Source of the DNA: Candidatus Woesebacteria bacterium | GTDB lineage: Bacteria; Patescibacteriota; Microgenomatia; UBA8517 | Reading direction: 5' to 3' | DNA length: 64,000 nt | Assembly: GCA_013374855.1 (NCBI GenBank) | Contig: CP055308.1 | Coordinates: forward strand, 337,833 to 401,832 | Shown here: piece by piece, positions 1 through 7,866 of the stretch | Numbering within the stretch: the first letter of the stretch is position 1 | How the letters are laid out: each line of letters opens with the position of its first letter | Program-made: the position numbers and the translations under genes | The notes under the pieces: generated by a model | Database searches by the model: none | What the model was told of the DNA's origin: nothing | What the model saw: only the letters and a program-made list of their open reading frames with translations

Positions 1-833
1 ATGTAAGGGATTTGGTTTAATATTTTGGGCATACCAAACAGAATAATCTTAAGGTGTGAGGTAATATAAGACGGGTTGACTAAGCCTTTTTGGTACCAAG
101 GTTCATCAAATATATTTGGTATTAATGCATATCCTTTGTCTAGAATGGTTCCAAATCTTAAGTAATTATAGATGCTGTTGAAAAGAAAAAATGGTAGTAT
201 TCCTGATAATAATTTTAGAATATTTTTGGTGTTTTTTTCTTTTAGGTTAAAAATAAAAAAGGGAATTGAGATTATTGTGTGAACACGGCTTAGGTAGGCT
301 GATCCAACAAGAACACCTATTAAGAAGGAATTTTTATTCTCTAATAATTTTTCTATAGCAAGGAGAAGAAAAAGGCAGGCAGTGGTTTGGCCCAGATACC
401 AAGAGGAGCCGACAGAGGACATATACCAGATAATGCTTCCTGTTCCTATCATAAGGGAAGATAAAATGGCGAATTTTTGATCCCTCTTTATTTTCAGTGA
501 TATTCTATATATTGAGGTGGCTATTAAACCTCCAATTATGTGGGCTAGGAATTGTTGTTGGAAAAGATCGCCGAGAATTGCTCTAAATGGCAAAAGCAGT
601 ATTGCCGGCATTGGGGGGTGGACAATATAGAATCTTCCGTTATTTGGAATAAGTTCTGAAAACCATGGAGGGTTTTCCTCAATCCAATATTTTCCTTTCA
701 AAAAAGCATCAGCGAGGCGGGAGAAATAATCGTAGGGAGTTTTGCCTGTTGAGGTAAATGTGTAGAGAAGAAAATTGAACAAAAAAATTAGAAATTGAGA
801 AGTGCTTTTATTTTTTATTACCTTTTTGAACAT
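1..833 (-). CDS. Polytopic membrane glycosyltransferase, GT-C fold, PMT/ArnT (GT39-like). Start codon at 833..831; the C-terminus runs off the window edge.
   Basis: The minus-strand frame is continuous from the ATG at 833 to position 1. The protein is hydrophobic and multi-pass, with an HPPMPAILLLP motif resembling the HPPL.K loop of PMT/ArnT-family enzymes. It is divergent from the neighbouring GT gene. The ORF track does not list it because it is truncated by the window edge. Confidence 0.5.
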   Translation of the reverse strand, partial: MFKKVIKNKSTSQFLIFLFNFLLYTFTSTGKTPYDYFSRLADAFLKGKYWIEENPPWFSELIPNNGRFYIVHPPMPAILLLPFRAILGDLFQQQFLAHIIGGLIATSIYRISLKIKRDQKFAILSSLMIGTGSIIWYMSSVGSSWYLGQTTACLFLLLAIEKLLENKNSFLIGVLVGSAYLSRVHTIISIPFFIFNLKEKNTKNILKLLSGILPFFLFNSIYNYLRFGTILDKGYALIPNIFDEPWYQKGLVNPSYITSHLKIILFGMPKILNQIPY

Positions 834-891
834 ATTTTATGATATATCTTTTTTGGTTTATTTTGTTTTATAATAGCTTGATTTTTTTAGA

Positions 892-3321
892 ATGAAAAAG
901 GCTTTTTTTAAGTACAGATTGTTAATTTTATTTTTTTCTGCTTTATTTTTAAGATTAGTTCTTTCTTTTTTTGGAACTTATGAGGGAGATTTTTATACTT
1001 TTATTGGCTGGAGTTTTCGTTTGGTATCAAGACCGTTGCCTGATTTTTACAAAGAATGGTCTGATTATTTGCCTGGATATCTTTACATACTTTATATTCT
1101 TGGTCGGATAAGACAAACTTTTGCTTTTATTCCAAATGAGATTCTTTATAAGTTTCCTGCTATTTTTTCTGATTTACTTGCTGGTTTGTTGGTTTATAAG
1201 ATAGTTGCGGGTTTAAAGAATAAAACGATTGCTTTTTGGGTTTCTATTGCCTATCTTTTTAATCCTGCTGTTTTTGCTAACTCTACTCTTTGGGGGCAGG
1301 TAGACTCACTAACTGTTCTTTTTCCTTTGCTTTCACTTTATTTTTTTAACATTTCTTTGCCATTTTCTTCATTTTTTCTTGCTTTTGGTGCTTTAGTTAA
1401 AGTACAAGCAGCCTTAGCTTTTATTCCTATTATAATTTTGTTTTGGAGAAAAGGATTGGGTTTTTACAAGCTTGTTAATTATGGCACTATTTCTGTTCTT
1501 ACGATAACTATTCTATTCTTGCCGTTTTTACCTTTTGGCAAGGATCTGGTGGATTTGCCGTCCTTTATCTTAGAAAGGATTGGTGCAACACTTGGGCAGT
1601 ATCCCTATCTTTCGGTGAACGCTTTTAATTTTTGGGGCTTATCTGGTTTTTGGGAGCAGTATTCTGATTATTTTCCAAACATTTTTCCAATTTTCATTTT
1701 ATTATTTGTTTCTTTTCTTCCTTATTTTAGAGCAAGAAACAAGGAAGGTCTGGAATATGTTGTTTTATCTTTGGTTTTTGCTGTATCTTTTCTTTTTTTT
1801 CCAAGAATGCATGAGCGTCATATGCTTCCTCTTTTTGCTCCCCTTGCTATATCTTGTGCTTTTTACCCCTTACTGTGGATAGTTTATTCCTTTTATTCCT
1901 TTTTTTATTTACTTAACCTTCGTTACGCTTTTGTTTGGCTGACAGAAGAAAGAAAAGAGATATTTACCAAACTTGAGATTAATTTGATTATTGTTCTTCT
2001 TCTTGTCCTTTTTGTTTTTTGGCTTTGGGTTGTTTGGCAGGACAAGAGAGATAACTTTTTTAAGAATATTGCTAAGTATTTCGGAAGATTTAGGAAAAAT
2101 TTTTCTGAAGACTATAAATTTCCCAAGTTTAATATAAATTCTAAAAGGGCTAAGTTTTTTTTGATTTTGATCTTAGTTTTTGCCTTTTTCTCACGGGTTT
2201 ATCAGTTGGGAAGACCTCAGCGAGAGTATTTTGATGAGGTCTATCATGCTTTTACAGCTCGGCTTATGCTTAAAGGCGATCCTAAAGCATGGGAGTGGTG
2301 GAATCCACATCCGGAGGGTTTTGCCTATGAGTGGAGCCACCCCCCTTTAGCAAAGCTGGGGATGCAACTAGGTATGCTTGTTTTTGGAGAAAACGCCTTT
2401 GGCTGGAGGCTTCCAGCTGCTTTGCTTGGCACGTTGTCGGTTCTGTTGGTTTATCTTTTGGCAAAAGAAATTTTTAAAGATTATCTTGTTGGTTTATTTT
2501 CAGCTTTGGTGTTCTCTCTTGATGGGCTTTTTTTGGTGGCGAGCAGGATTGGGATGAATGATATTTATGTTCTGTTTTTTTCTTTGCTTTCTATATATCT
2601 TTTTATTAAAGATAAATATTTCTTTTCTGCTTTGGCTTTGGGTCTTGCGTTTTCTTCTAAGTGGAGTGCTTTATGGGTTTTACCTATTCTTGTTTCTTCA
2701 TTCTTTGTCTTCAAAAAGAGGGTGGCTCTTCCTTATCTTTGGTTTTTGGTTCTACCACCTCTTGTCTATGTTTCAAGTTATACTCAAATGTTTTTGACTG
2801 GACATTCTTTTGATATTTTTTGGGGAGTGCAAAAACAAATGTGGTGGTATCATACAGGACTAGAGGCAACTCATCCTTACACCTCACCTTGGTGGAGCTG
2901 GCCGTTTTTGTTACGACCTGTTTGGCTTTACACGAATTCTTTTCCTGACGGAAAAGTGGCAAATATTTACTTTTTAGGCAATCCTGTTGTTTTTTGGTTT
3001 GGTGTTTTAGCTGTGTTTTATTCTCTTTATCTTTCATGGAAAAATAGATTTAAAAAACTTGCTTGGGTTATTTTTTCTTATTTTGTTTTCTTTGTTCCAT
3101 GGGCAGTTGCTCCTCGCATTATGTTTTTGTATCATTATCTTCCTAGCGTTCCTTTTATGAGTATGGTTTTGGGTTTTGTTTTAAGAAGAGATTTTGATAA
3201 GGCTTTGATATTTTTTACAATTGCCGCTTTTGTCTTTGCTTATTTTTACCCCCATCTTACAGGTATTCCCATAACAAAAGCTCTCGATATTTCTTACTAC
3301 TGGTTTGATAGCTGGCGTTAG
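892..3321 (+). CDS. Two-domain polytopic membrane glycosyltransferase. The C-terminal half is a protein O-mannosyltransferase-like (GT39/PMT) domain; the N-terminal half is a second GT-C-like membrane domain.
   Basis: The 809-aa product has many TM helices. Its C-terminal half carries the PMT hallmarks YFDEVYHAFTA and HPPLAKLGMQLGMLVFGENAFGWRLP, matching the FDEVH / HPPL-K loop-1 motifs of GT39 enzymes. Confidence 0.7.
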   Translation: MKKAFFKYRLLILFFSALFLRLVLSFFGTYEGDFYTFIGWSFRLVSRPLPDFYKEWSDYLPGYLYILYILGRIRQTFAFIPNEILYKFPAIFSDLLAGLLVYKIVAGLKNKTIAFWVSIAYLFNPAVFANSTLWGQVDSLTVLFPLLSLYFFNISLPFSSFFLAFGALVKVQAALAFIPIIILFWRKGLGFYKLVNYGTISVLTITILFLPFLPFGKDLVDLPSFILERIGATLGQYPYLSVNAFNFWGLSGFWEQYSDYFPNIFPIFILLFVSFLPYFRARNKEGLEYVVLSLVFAVSFLFFPRMHERHMLPLFAPLAISCAFYPLLWIVYSFYSFFYLLNLRYAFVWLTEERKEIFTKLEINLIIVLLLVLFVFWLWVVWQDKRDNFFKNIAKYFGRFRKNFSEDYKFPKFNINSKRAKFFLILILVFAFFSRVYQLGRPQREYFDEVYHAFTARLMLKGDPKAWEWWNPHPEGFAYEWSHPPLAKLGMQLGMLVFGENAFGWRLPAALLGTLSVLLVYLLAKEIFKDYLVGLFSALVFSLDGLFLVASRIGMNDIYVLFFSLLSIYLFIKDKYFFSALALGLAFSSKWSALWVLPILVSSFFVFKKRVALPYLWFLVLPPLVYVSSYTQMFLTGHSFDIFWGVQKQMWWYHTGLEATHPYTSPWWSWPFLLRPVWLYTNSFPDGKVANIYFLGNPVVFWFGVLAVFYSLYLSWKNRFKKLAWVIFSYFVFFVPWAVAPRIMFLYHYLPSVPFMSMVLGFVLRRDFDKALIFFTIAAFVFAYFYPHLTGIPITKALDISYYWFDSWR

Positions 3322-3324
3322 TGC

Positions 3325-5190
3325 TTACAGAATTAGGGCAAGAGATATTATTATTAATAGAATACTTATCGTCATTCCCATCATTGTTGGTGTGGAGATA
3401 CCAGCATCTGGTAGAGGTTCATCTTCAGGGGTTGGAGTAGGTATAAAAGTTGGTCTTGGTGTAGAGGTTGCTGTGGATCTTGGTCTGGGTGTAGGTGTTT
3501 CTTCCTCAGGTGTAGGTGTTGGTGAAGGTCTGGGTGTAGGTGTTTCTTCCTCAGGTGTAGGTGTTGGTGAAGGTGTTGCCTGTTCCAAATCGAAGTACAG
3601 CGGTGTACATGCATCCTCCGATGTCTCACATGGGAAAAACTTTATTTCCGTTCCTGTCCAAAACACTTCGGAATTGTTTACTAATATTCCATGATCCCAT
3701 TGGTAGAAACCGCAGATGTTATTTATTATGGAAAATGTTGCTGTTTTGGTTTCTCCCGGTCCTAATGTAATTGTTTCCTGACTAGTGAAATATGGAGGAT
3801 TGTTTCCGTAAGAAACCAGAGTTTGCGAGTCGGTACAAGTTTTTATGTTTTTTTCTTTGTAGTAGTTACAGCTTAAAGCACCAGCGCCTTTTTCGGTTGC
3901 CAATCTTTCCTGCCCTCCTGATGGATCATGTGGTGGTACGGCTGGGTTGTCAAAGCAGTGATTTGCATTCCAAAAGATTTTTCCGTTGTGGACTATTGCT
4001 CTCCTTCTATATTCCTTTCCACCCCGCCATATGCTTGTATAATACCAATTTCCTACTATGTATCCATCTACCTGCCCTTGGATATCCCCTTCGCCCGGGA
4101 GAGAGGATAATTCTGCAGGTCCTTTCCATGTGGTATCGCTATCCCATTTTGGGGCTCCATTTTCTATTGGTATCTGTCTTGAATAACCATTGTTATTACG
4201 CCAAAAAACTTGGCCAATGTGAGGCTGGTTTTGGTTAAATGTGACGTATTGATGTAAACTCTGGAATCTACCGTTGCCGGGATATTTACTTATGTCTATC
4301 TCTTCCCATCTGAACTTATTTCCTTCCCAAGGCACGTCTGGTGTGTTTATAGGCATTACTCTTCTATAAGCTTTTGTTATATTGTTTGTTTCTCTCCATA
4401 TTTCTTCATAGATTGTGGAGTTAAATTCGAATATTGCTTCGGCTATTACGTCTCCTGTGCCAGGGTAGTTGCTTGTATTAATCTCTTTCCATTCACTCCA
4501 CTTTATATCAACTTGTTCATCCCCTCTCGAGGTACTATCAACAATAATACCACTCCTTTTGTAGTTTTTATTTCCTATCCACATTGATTCCCAAATTGTT
4601 CTTGTCTTTTCAACCCTAAAGCTTGATCCTGCACTTGGCACCCCATTGGCAGGCAGTTCTATGTTTTGCGGGCCACTCCATTCTGATTGTACTCCCTCGT
4701 AAAAAATCTGAGTAAACTTTCGATAAGCCTCTTCCAAGTTTCCACCACCTTGTGTTCGGATAAATTCATTTATATCCTCCGGATAGTAGAGGTCTGTACA
4801 TTTTCCTACAGGTAATCCAATGGTGTACATCTTATAGGGGAAGGCTAGTAGTCTCAGTGTTAAGTTTTGATTCGTTTTGTTTGTAATAGTGTATTTTTGT
4901 GTTAGCACTCCACCTGTTACTGGTCTTGCATCTGTTTGCCCGCCAGGCTTAAAGTAAGTATGAGACTCATAATTTCCCGGTCCTGTGTCAACAACAGTAA
5001 CCTTTAGTTTTTGGCTTTCAAGTATTGTGCCTGATGGTGCTGCTTCACTTTTTTCTGGTGTTGTAGGGGCAACAGGCTTTTGCCTTAGTTTGTACAATCT
5101 GATAGATATAAAAATTCCCAACCCAGAAAGGATTAACAACAGAAAACTTAATATTATTAGTTTAATTTTCTTTTTTTTCGTGTTTTCCAT
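3325..5190 (-). CDS. Large cell-surface protein with an N-terminal signal-anchor TM, a Pro/Thr-rich tandem-repeat linker, and a C-terminal sorting signal LPDAGISTPT followed by a TM.
   Basis: The 621-aa product begins MENTKKKKIKLIILSFLLLILSGLGIF. Its C-terminus reads ...TPSPTPTPEEETPTPRPSPTPTPEEETPTPRP...EPLPDAGISTPTMMGMTISILLIIISLALIL. It is the last gene of the minus-strand operon. Confidence 0.7.
   Translation of the reverse strand: MENTKKKKIKLIILSFLLLILSGLGIFISIRLYKLRQKPVAPTTPEKSEAAPSGTILESQKLKVTVVDTGPGNYESHTYFKPGGQTDARPVTGGVLTQKYTITNKTNQNLTLRLLAFPYKMYTIGLPVGKCTDLYYPEDINEFIRTQGGGNLEEAYRKFTQIFYEGVQSEWSGPQNIELPANGVPSAGSSFRVEKTRTIWESMWIGNKNYKRSGIIVDSTSRGDEQVDIKWSEWKEINTSNYPGTGDVIAEAIFEFNSTIYEEIWRETNNITKAYRRVMPINTPDVPWEGNKFRWEEIDISKYPGNGRFQSLHQYVTFNQNQPHIGQVFWRNNNGYSRQIPIENGAPKWDSDTTWKGPAELSSLPGEGDIQGQVDGYIVGNWYYTSIWRGGKEYRRRAIVHNGKIFWNANHCFDNPAVPPHDPSGGQERLATEKGAGALSCNYYKEKNIKTCTDSQTLVSYGNNPPYFTSQETITLGPGETKTATFSIINNICGFYQWDHGILVNNSEVFWTGTEIKFFPCETSEDACTPLYFDLEQATPSPTPTPEEETPTPRPSPTPTPEEETPTPRPRSTATSTPRPTFIPTPTPEDEPLPDAGISTPTMMGMTISILLIIISLALIL
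3482..3571. repeat. Perfect 45-bp tandem duplication (two copies) inside the PT-rich linker coding region; each copy encodes a 15-aa PT-rich unit.
   Basis: The unit ggtctgggtgtaggtgtttcttcctcaggtgtaggtgttggtgaa is seen twice back to back, with a degenerate third copy upstream. Confidence 0.8.
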
Positions 5191-5197
5191 TTTTTAA

Positions 5198-6394
5198 TTA
5201 ATTAATGTCTCCTATCCACCCTATGCCCTCGTGGTAGATAGCCGCTTTTACAGTAAAGTTGACCACACCTTCTGGTATTTTGTATTGATAATAAATTTCC
5301 TTCTCTTCTGGATTATCTGTTGGTTTTTCTTTTGAGGCATCGACTTCTACAGGATTTTCGTTATTGACTTTAAACTTTGCCTTTTTAAACATGTTTGGGT
5401 TTTTTGACTTTCCTGTTATTGTAAAGTAAACTGTATCACCCGGTTTCAGTTTTGATAAGGTTTCACTATTAAGTAATCTCCAATTATTATTTTCCATTTG
5501 ATAGGCTTTTACATCCAGACATTCGACACTACTATCTTGCTTCTCGCTTGATATTGTTCTTACAACACAGGCAGGCATAGGAACTGATATTGGTTGCCCT
5601 TCCTTTTGAAAGTATGCTGTTATAGAAAGGTTTGAGACTACCTTGCCTGTTAGCTCGTCTTTGACGAACAGTTCCTCGTAACGTAGTGTTCTTTTACCTT
5701 CAGTTCTGGGTTCTTTATTTGGGTCCTCAAAAATTAAAAGATGGCTTCCTGGCGGACATATGTCTTGAGCTGTTGTTATGTCTCCTCCATCTTTTACACA
5801 AACAGGTTTTGGGTTGTTTTCAGGTGGAGGATCGTATAGGTTATCCATGTTGTATACTGCATACATAAAATAGTTTGCAGGTTCTTTAGATGTAGAAGTT
5901 ATGGTGATAGTTTCACCGGGTTTTAATGTTTTCTTGTTGACGTTAGCACTTTGACAGAGATCTGGCCTTTGTGGTGAGGGTGTTGTTTGTGGTGTATTGG
6001 GCTTTCCACGGCAACATCCCTGACACATACCCTTTTTCTTGCATGTACCGTCATCGTTGCATAGTCTGTCTATTATTTCATCACATTTGTCTGTAGCTGC
6101 CTTTTCTCTTATGTTTTGAGATTGTTGGCTAAGATAAACCCCGGTTCCTAATCCTCCGATCATAAGAAGCAATCCAAGTATTGTAGCTATTATTTTTCTT
6201 TTTCTTGTAGATTTTTTCTTGCTAGTAGTGAATGAAATAGTGTTTGGAACTTGATAATTATCTGTACTTGGATTTTGGGGTGCGTTTGGGTTTTCCTTAT
6301 CTTGCAAAGGTGGTATATCAACAAGTGGATCATTATTGACGGGAGCTTGTGGGCTATTATTAACATTTAAATGATTTACTTTATTTTGATCCAT
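5198..6394 (-). CDS. Membrane-anchored Cys-rich surface protein with the TM-QQSQNIREKAA N-module and CARDB/Ig-like beta-sandwich repeats. It has no C-terminal sorting signal.
   Basis: The 398-aa product has a basic patch KKKSTRKRK, then the TM IIATILGLLLMIGGLGTGVY, then LSQQSQNIREKAATDKC. A Cys-cluster follows, and LKPGETITIT / LKPGDTVYFTIT beta-sandwich signatures are present. Confidence 0.7.
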   Translation of the reverse strand: MDQNKVNHLNVNNSPQAPVNNDPLVDIPPLQDKENPNAPQNPSTDNYQVPNTISFTTSKKKSTRKRKIIATILGLLLMIGGLGTGVYLSQQSQNIREKAATDKCDEIIDRLCNDDGTCKKKGMCQGCCRGKPNTPQTTPSPQRPDLCQSANVNKKTLKPGETITITSTSKEPANYFMYAVYNMDNLYDPPPENNPKPVCVKDGGDITTAQDICPPGSHLLIFEDPNKEPRTEGKRTLRYEELFVKDELTGKVVSNLSITAYFQKEGQPISVPMPACVVRTISSEKQDSSVECLDVKAYQMENNNWRLLNSETLSKLKPGDTVYFTITGKSKNPNMFKKAKFKVNNENPVEVDASKEKPTDNPEEKEIYYQYKIPEGVVNFTVKAAIYHEGIGWIGDIN

Positions 6395-6441
6395 ATATTT
6401 ATATTCCTACTTAATTTTTATTTTTGCAAGAGCTCTTTTGC

Positions 6442-7311
6442 TCAAAACACTATTGAAAAAAACGAGATTAGTATTAGCAGAATTCCTGTTGTTATACCTA
6501 AAAATGTGGGTGTGCTAACACCGGATTCTGGCTGTGGAAGGGGAGATGGTGTGGGTGTTTTTATGTTTATTTGTGTTTGGCTTGTTGGAAAGGGAGTGGT
6601 TGTTTTCTCTGGTTCTGTTGTATTTACCGGAGTTTTGTTACTTGGGGTGGGTGTTGTGGGCGTTTCTGTAGGTTGACTTGATTCTACTTTGTAATTTCCT
6701 GTGCTTGATGGTGTAAGGAGAATATCTTCTCCTGTTGTTTTGTTGGTTGCTTTTGTAGTAGTGGGCTCAAATACTAGAGTGATTGATCCTGGGTTATAGC
6801 CTTTGAAAGTAATAGTGGCAAGAATTTCTTCACCCGATGTCTTATATCCGGTGGTTGAGCTGTTTAGCCCACCAATACGGATTTCTGCTAAACCATCTGA
6901 AGCATCGTAGGTCTTTATTGGAAAGTTCCAACCCCCGTTAACTAAAAGGTTAGAATTAATTTGGATATTTTCTGCTTTTATTGGAGGTTCAGGGGAACTG
7001 TATTGATATGTTAGATTTATTGTAAGGGCTGATATGTAATTACCCGCAGTATCAATGAGTATATTTACATCGAAATTTTCATCCTTTTTGATAGTTTTAG
7101 TCTCTGGTGAAAGAAATACTCTCACTGTGCCTGTTGGCGTGGCGGCTTTTTCTCTTATTTCTTGATTCTTTTTGACCAAAATTATACCTATCGCTGTTCC
7201 GACCACAAGCGAAAGTATACCGAGAGTTATTAGTGCTATTTTTCCTCTTTTTCTGTTTTTTCTTTGGGTGATTATCTTATCTTCTTCCATCGTAAATTTA
7301 TTTGCCAACAA
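6442..7311 (-). CDS. Cohesin-like domain surface protein (scaffoldin-like) with an N-terminal TM-KNQEIREKAA module and a C-terminal PT-rich linker plus PQPESGVSTPT-TM sorting signal.
   Basis: The 289-aa product has a central ~130-aa segment FDVNILIDTAGNYISALTINLTYQY...GLAEIRIGG...SGEEILATITFKGYNPGSITLVF with a cohesin-type beta-sandwich pattern. The cohesin domain is approximately at 6744..7140. Confidence 0.55.
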   Translation of the reverse strand: MLANKFTMEEDKIITQRKNRKRGKIALITLGILSLVVGTAIGIILVKKNQEIREKAATPTGTVRVFLSPETKTIKKDENFDVNILIDTAGNYISALTINLTYQYSSPEPPIKAENIQINSNLLVNGGWNFPIKTYDASDGLAEIRIGGLNSSTTGYKTSGEEILATITFKGYNPGSITLVFEPTTTKATNKTTGEDILLTPSSTGNYKVESSQPTETPTTPTPSNKTPVNTTEPEKTTTPFPTSQTQINIKTPTPSPLPQPESGVSTPTFLGITTGILLILISFFSIVF

Positions 7312-7861
7312 TGAAATTCAGTTCTTTTCCGGAGTTATCTATAATTTTAGTTTCTTCACTTACGGCTATATTTTCCTTTTCAAATTCTTTACCAATATCT
7401 ATTGTTGCTAAAATCACTTCTTGATTGTTTCCAATTGTTAGTTTTTCTCCAATTATTACCCCTCCTAACTTGAAAATAGTTTTGTTTTCTTTGATCTCTA
7501 CATTTTTGATAGGAAATATGAAGCCATTTTTTGCAAGTTCGCTTTGGATTGATTGGTTGGTTAGGTTATATAAAGGTTCATCTAATATTACCTCCATAGT
7601 GAAAGCTCTAATATACTCTTCTTTTTCTCTAATGTTTTCGATAGAAATTATTATTTTTGTTTTTTCGGTCATTTTTGTCCTAAGTTTTAGTGGGGGTTCT
7701 TCTTGCGGAGGTGTATATATTTCTTCAATTTGTGTGTTAATGTTTTGCTCTTTTGGATACTCTTTTGATAAATATTTTGCTATGACACCAAACAAAGCAA
7801 CTATAAATATGGCCAGAGAAAAAGCAAGTGTTATATTCAAAGTTTTATTTCTGTTTTCCAT
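7298..7861 (-). CDS. Hypothetical N-terminally membrane-anchored protein in the surface operon.
   Basis: The 187-aa product has the N-terminal TM LNITLAFSLAIFIVALFGVIA. It is tightly packed between the dockerin and cohesin genes, with a 14-nt overlap with the downstream gene. Confidence 0.45.
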   Translation of the reverse strand: MENRNKTLNITLAFSLAIFIVALFGVIAKYLSKEYPKEQNINTQIEEIYTPPQEEPPLKLRTKMTEKTKIIISIENIREKEEYIRAFTMEVILDEPLYNLTNQSIQSELAKNGFIFPIKNVEIKENKTIFKLGGVIIGEKLTIGNNQEVILATIDIGKEFEKENIAVSEETKIIDNSGKELNFIVGK

Positions 7862-7866
7862 TTGTG

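Noticed and set aside
3305-3694. ORFs of 129 aa and 82 aa (Gly/Val-rich, His/Leu-rich) overlapping the 3' end of the 621-aa surface-protein gene.
   Set aside because: They are alternate or antisense frames of the PT-repeat coding region; their repetitive low-complexity translations mirror the 45-bp tandem repeat.
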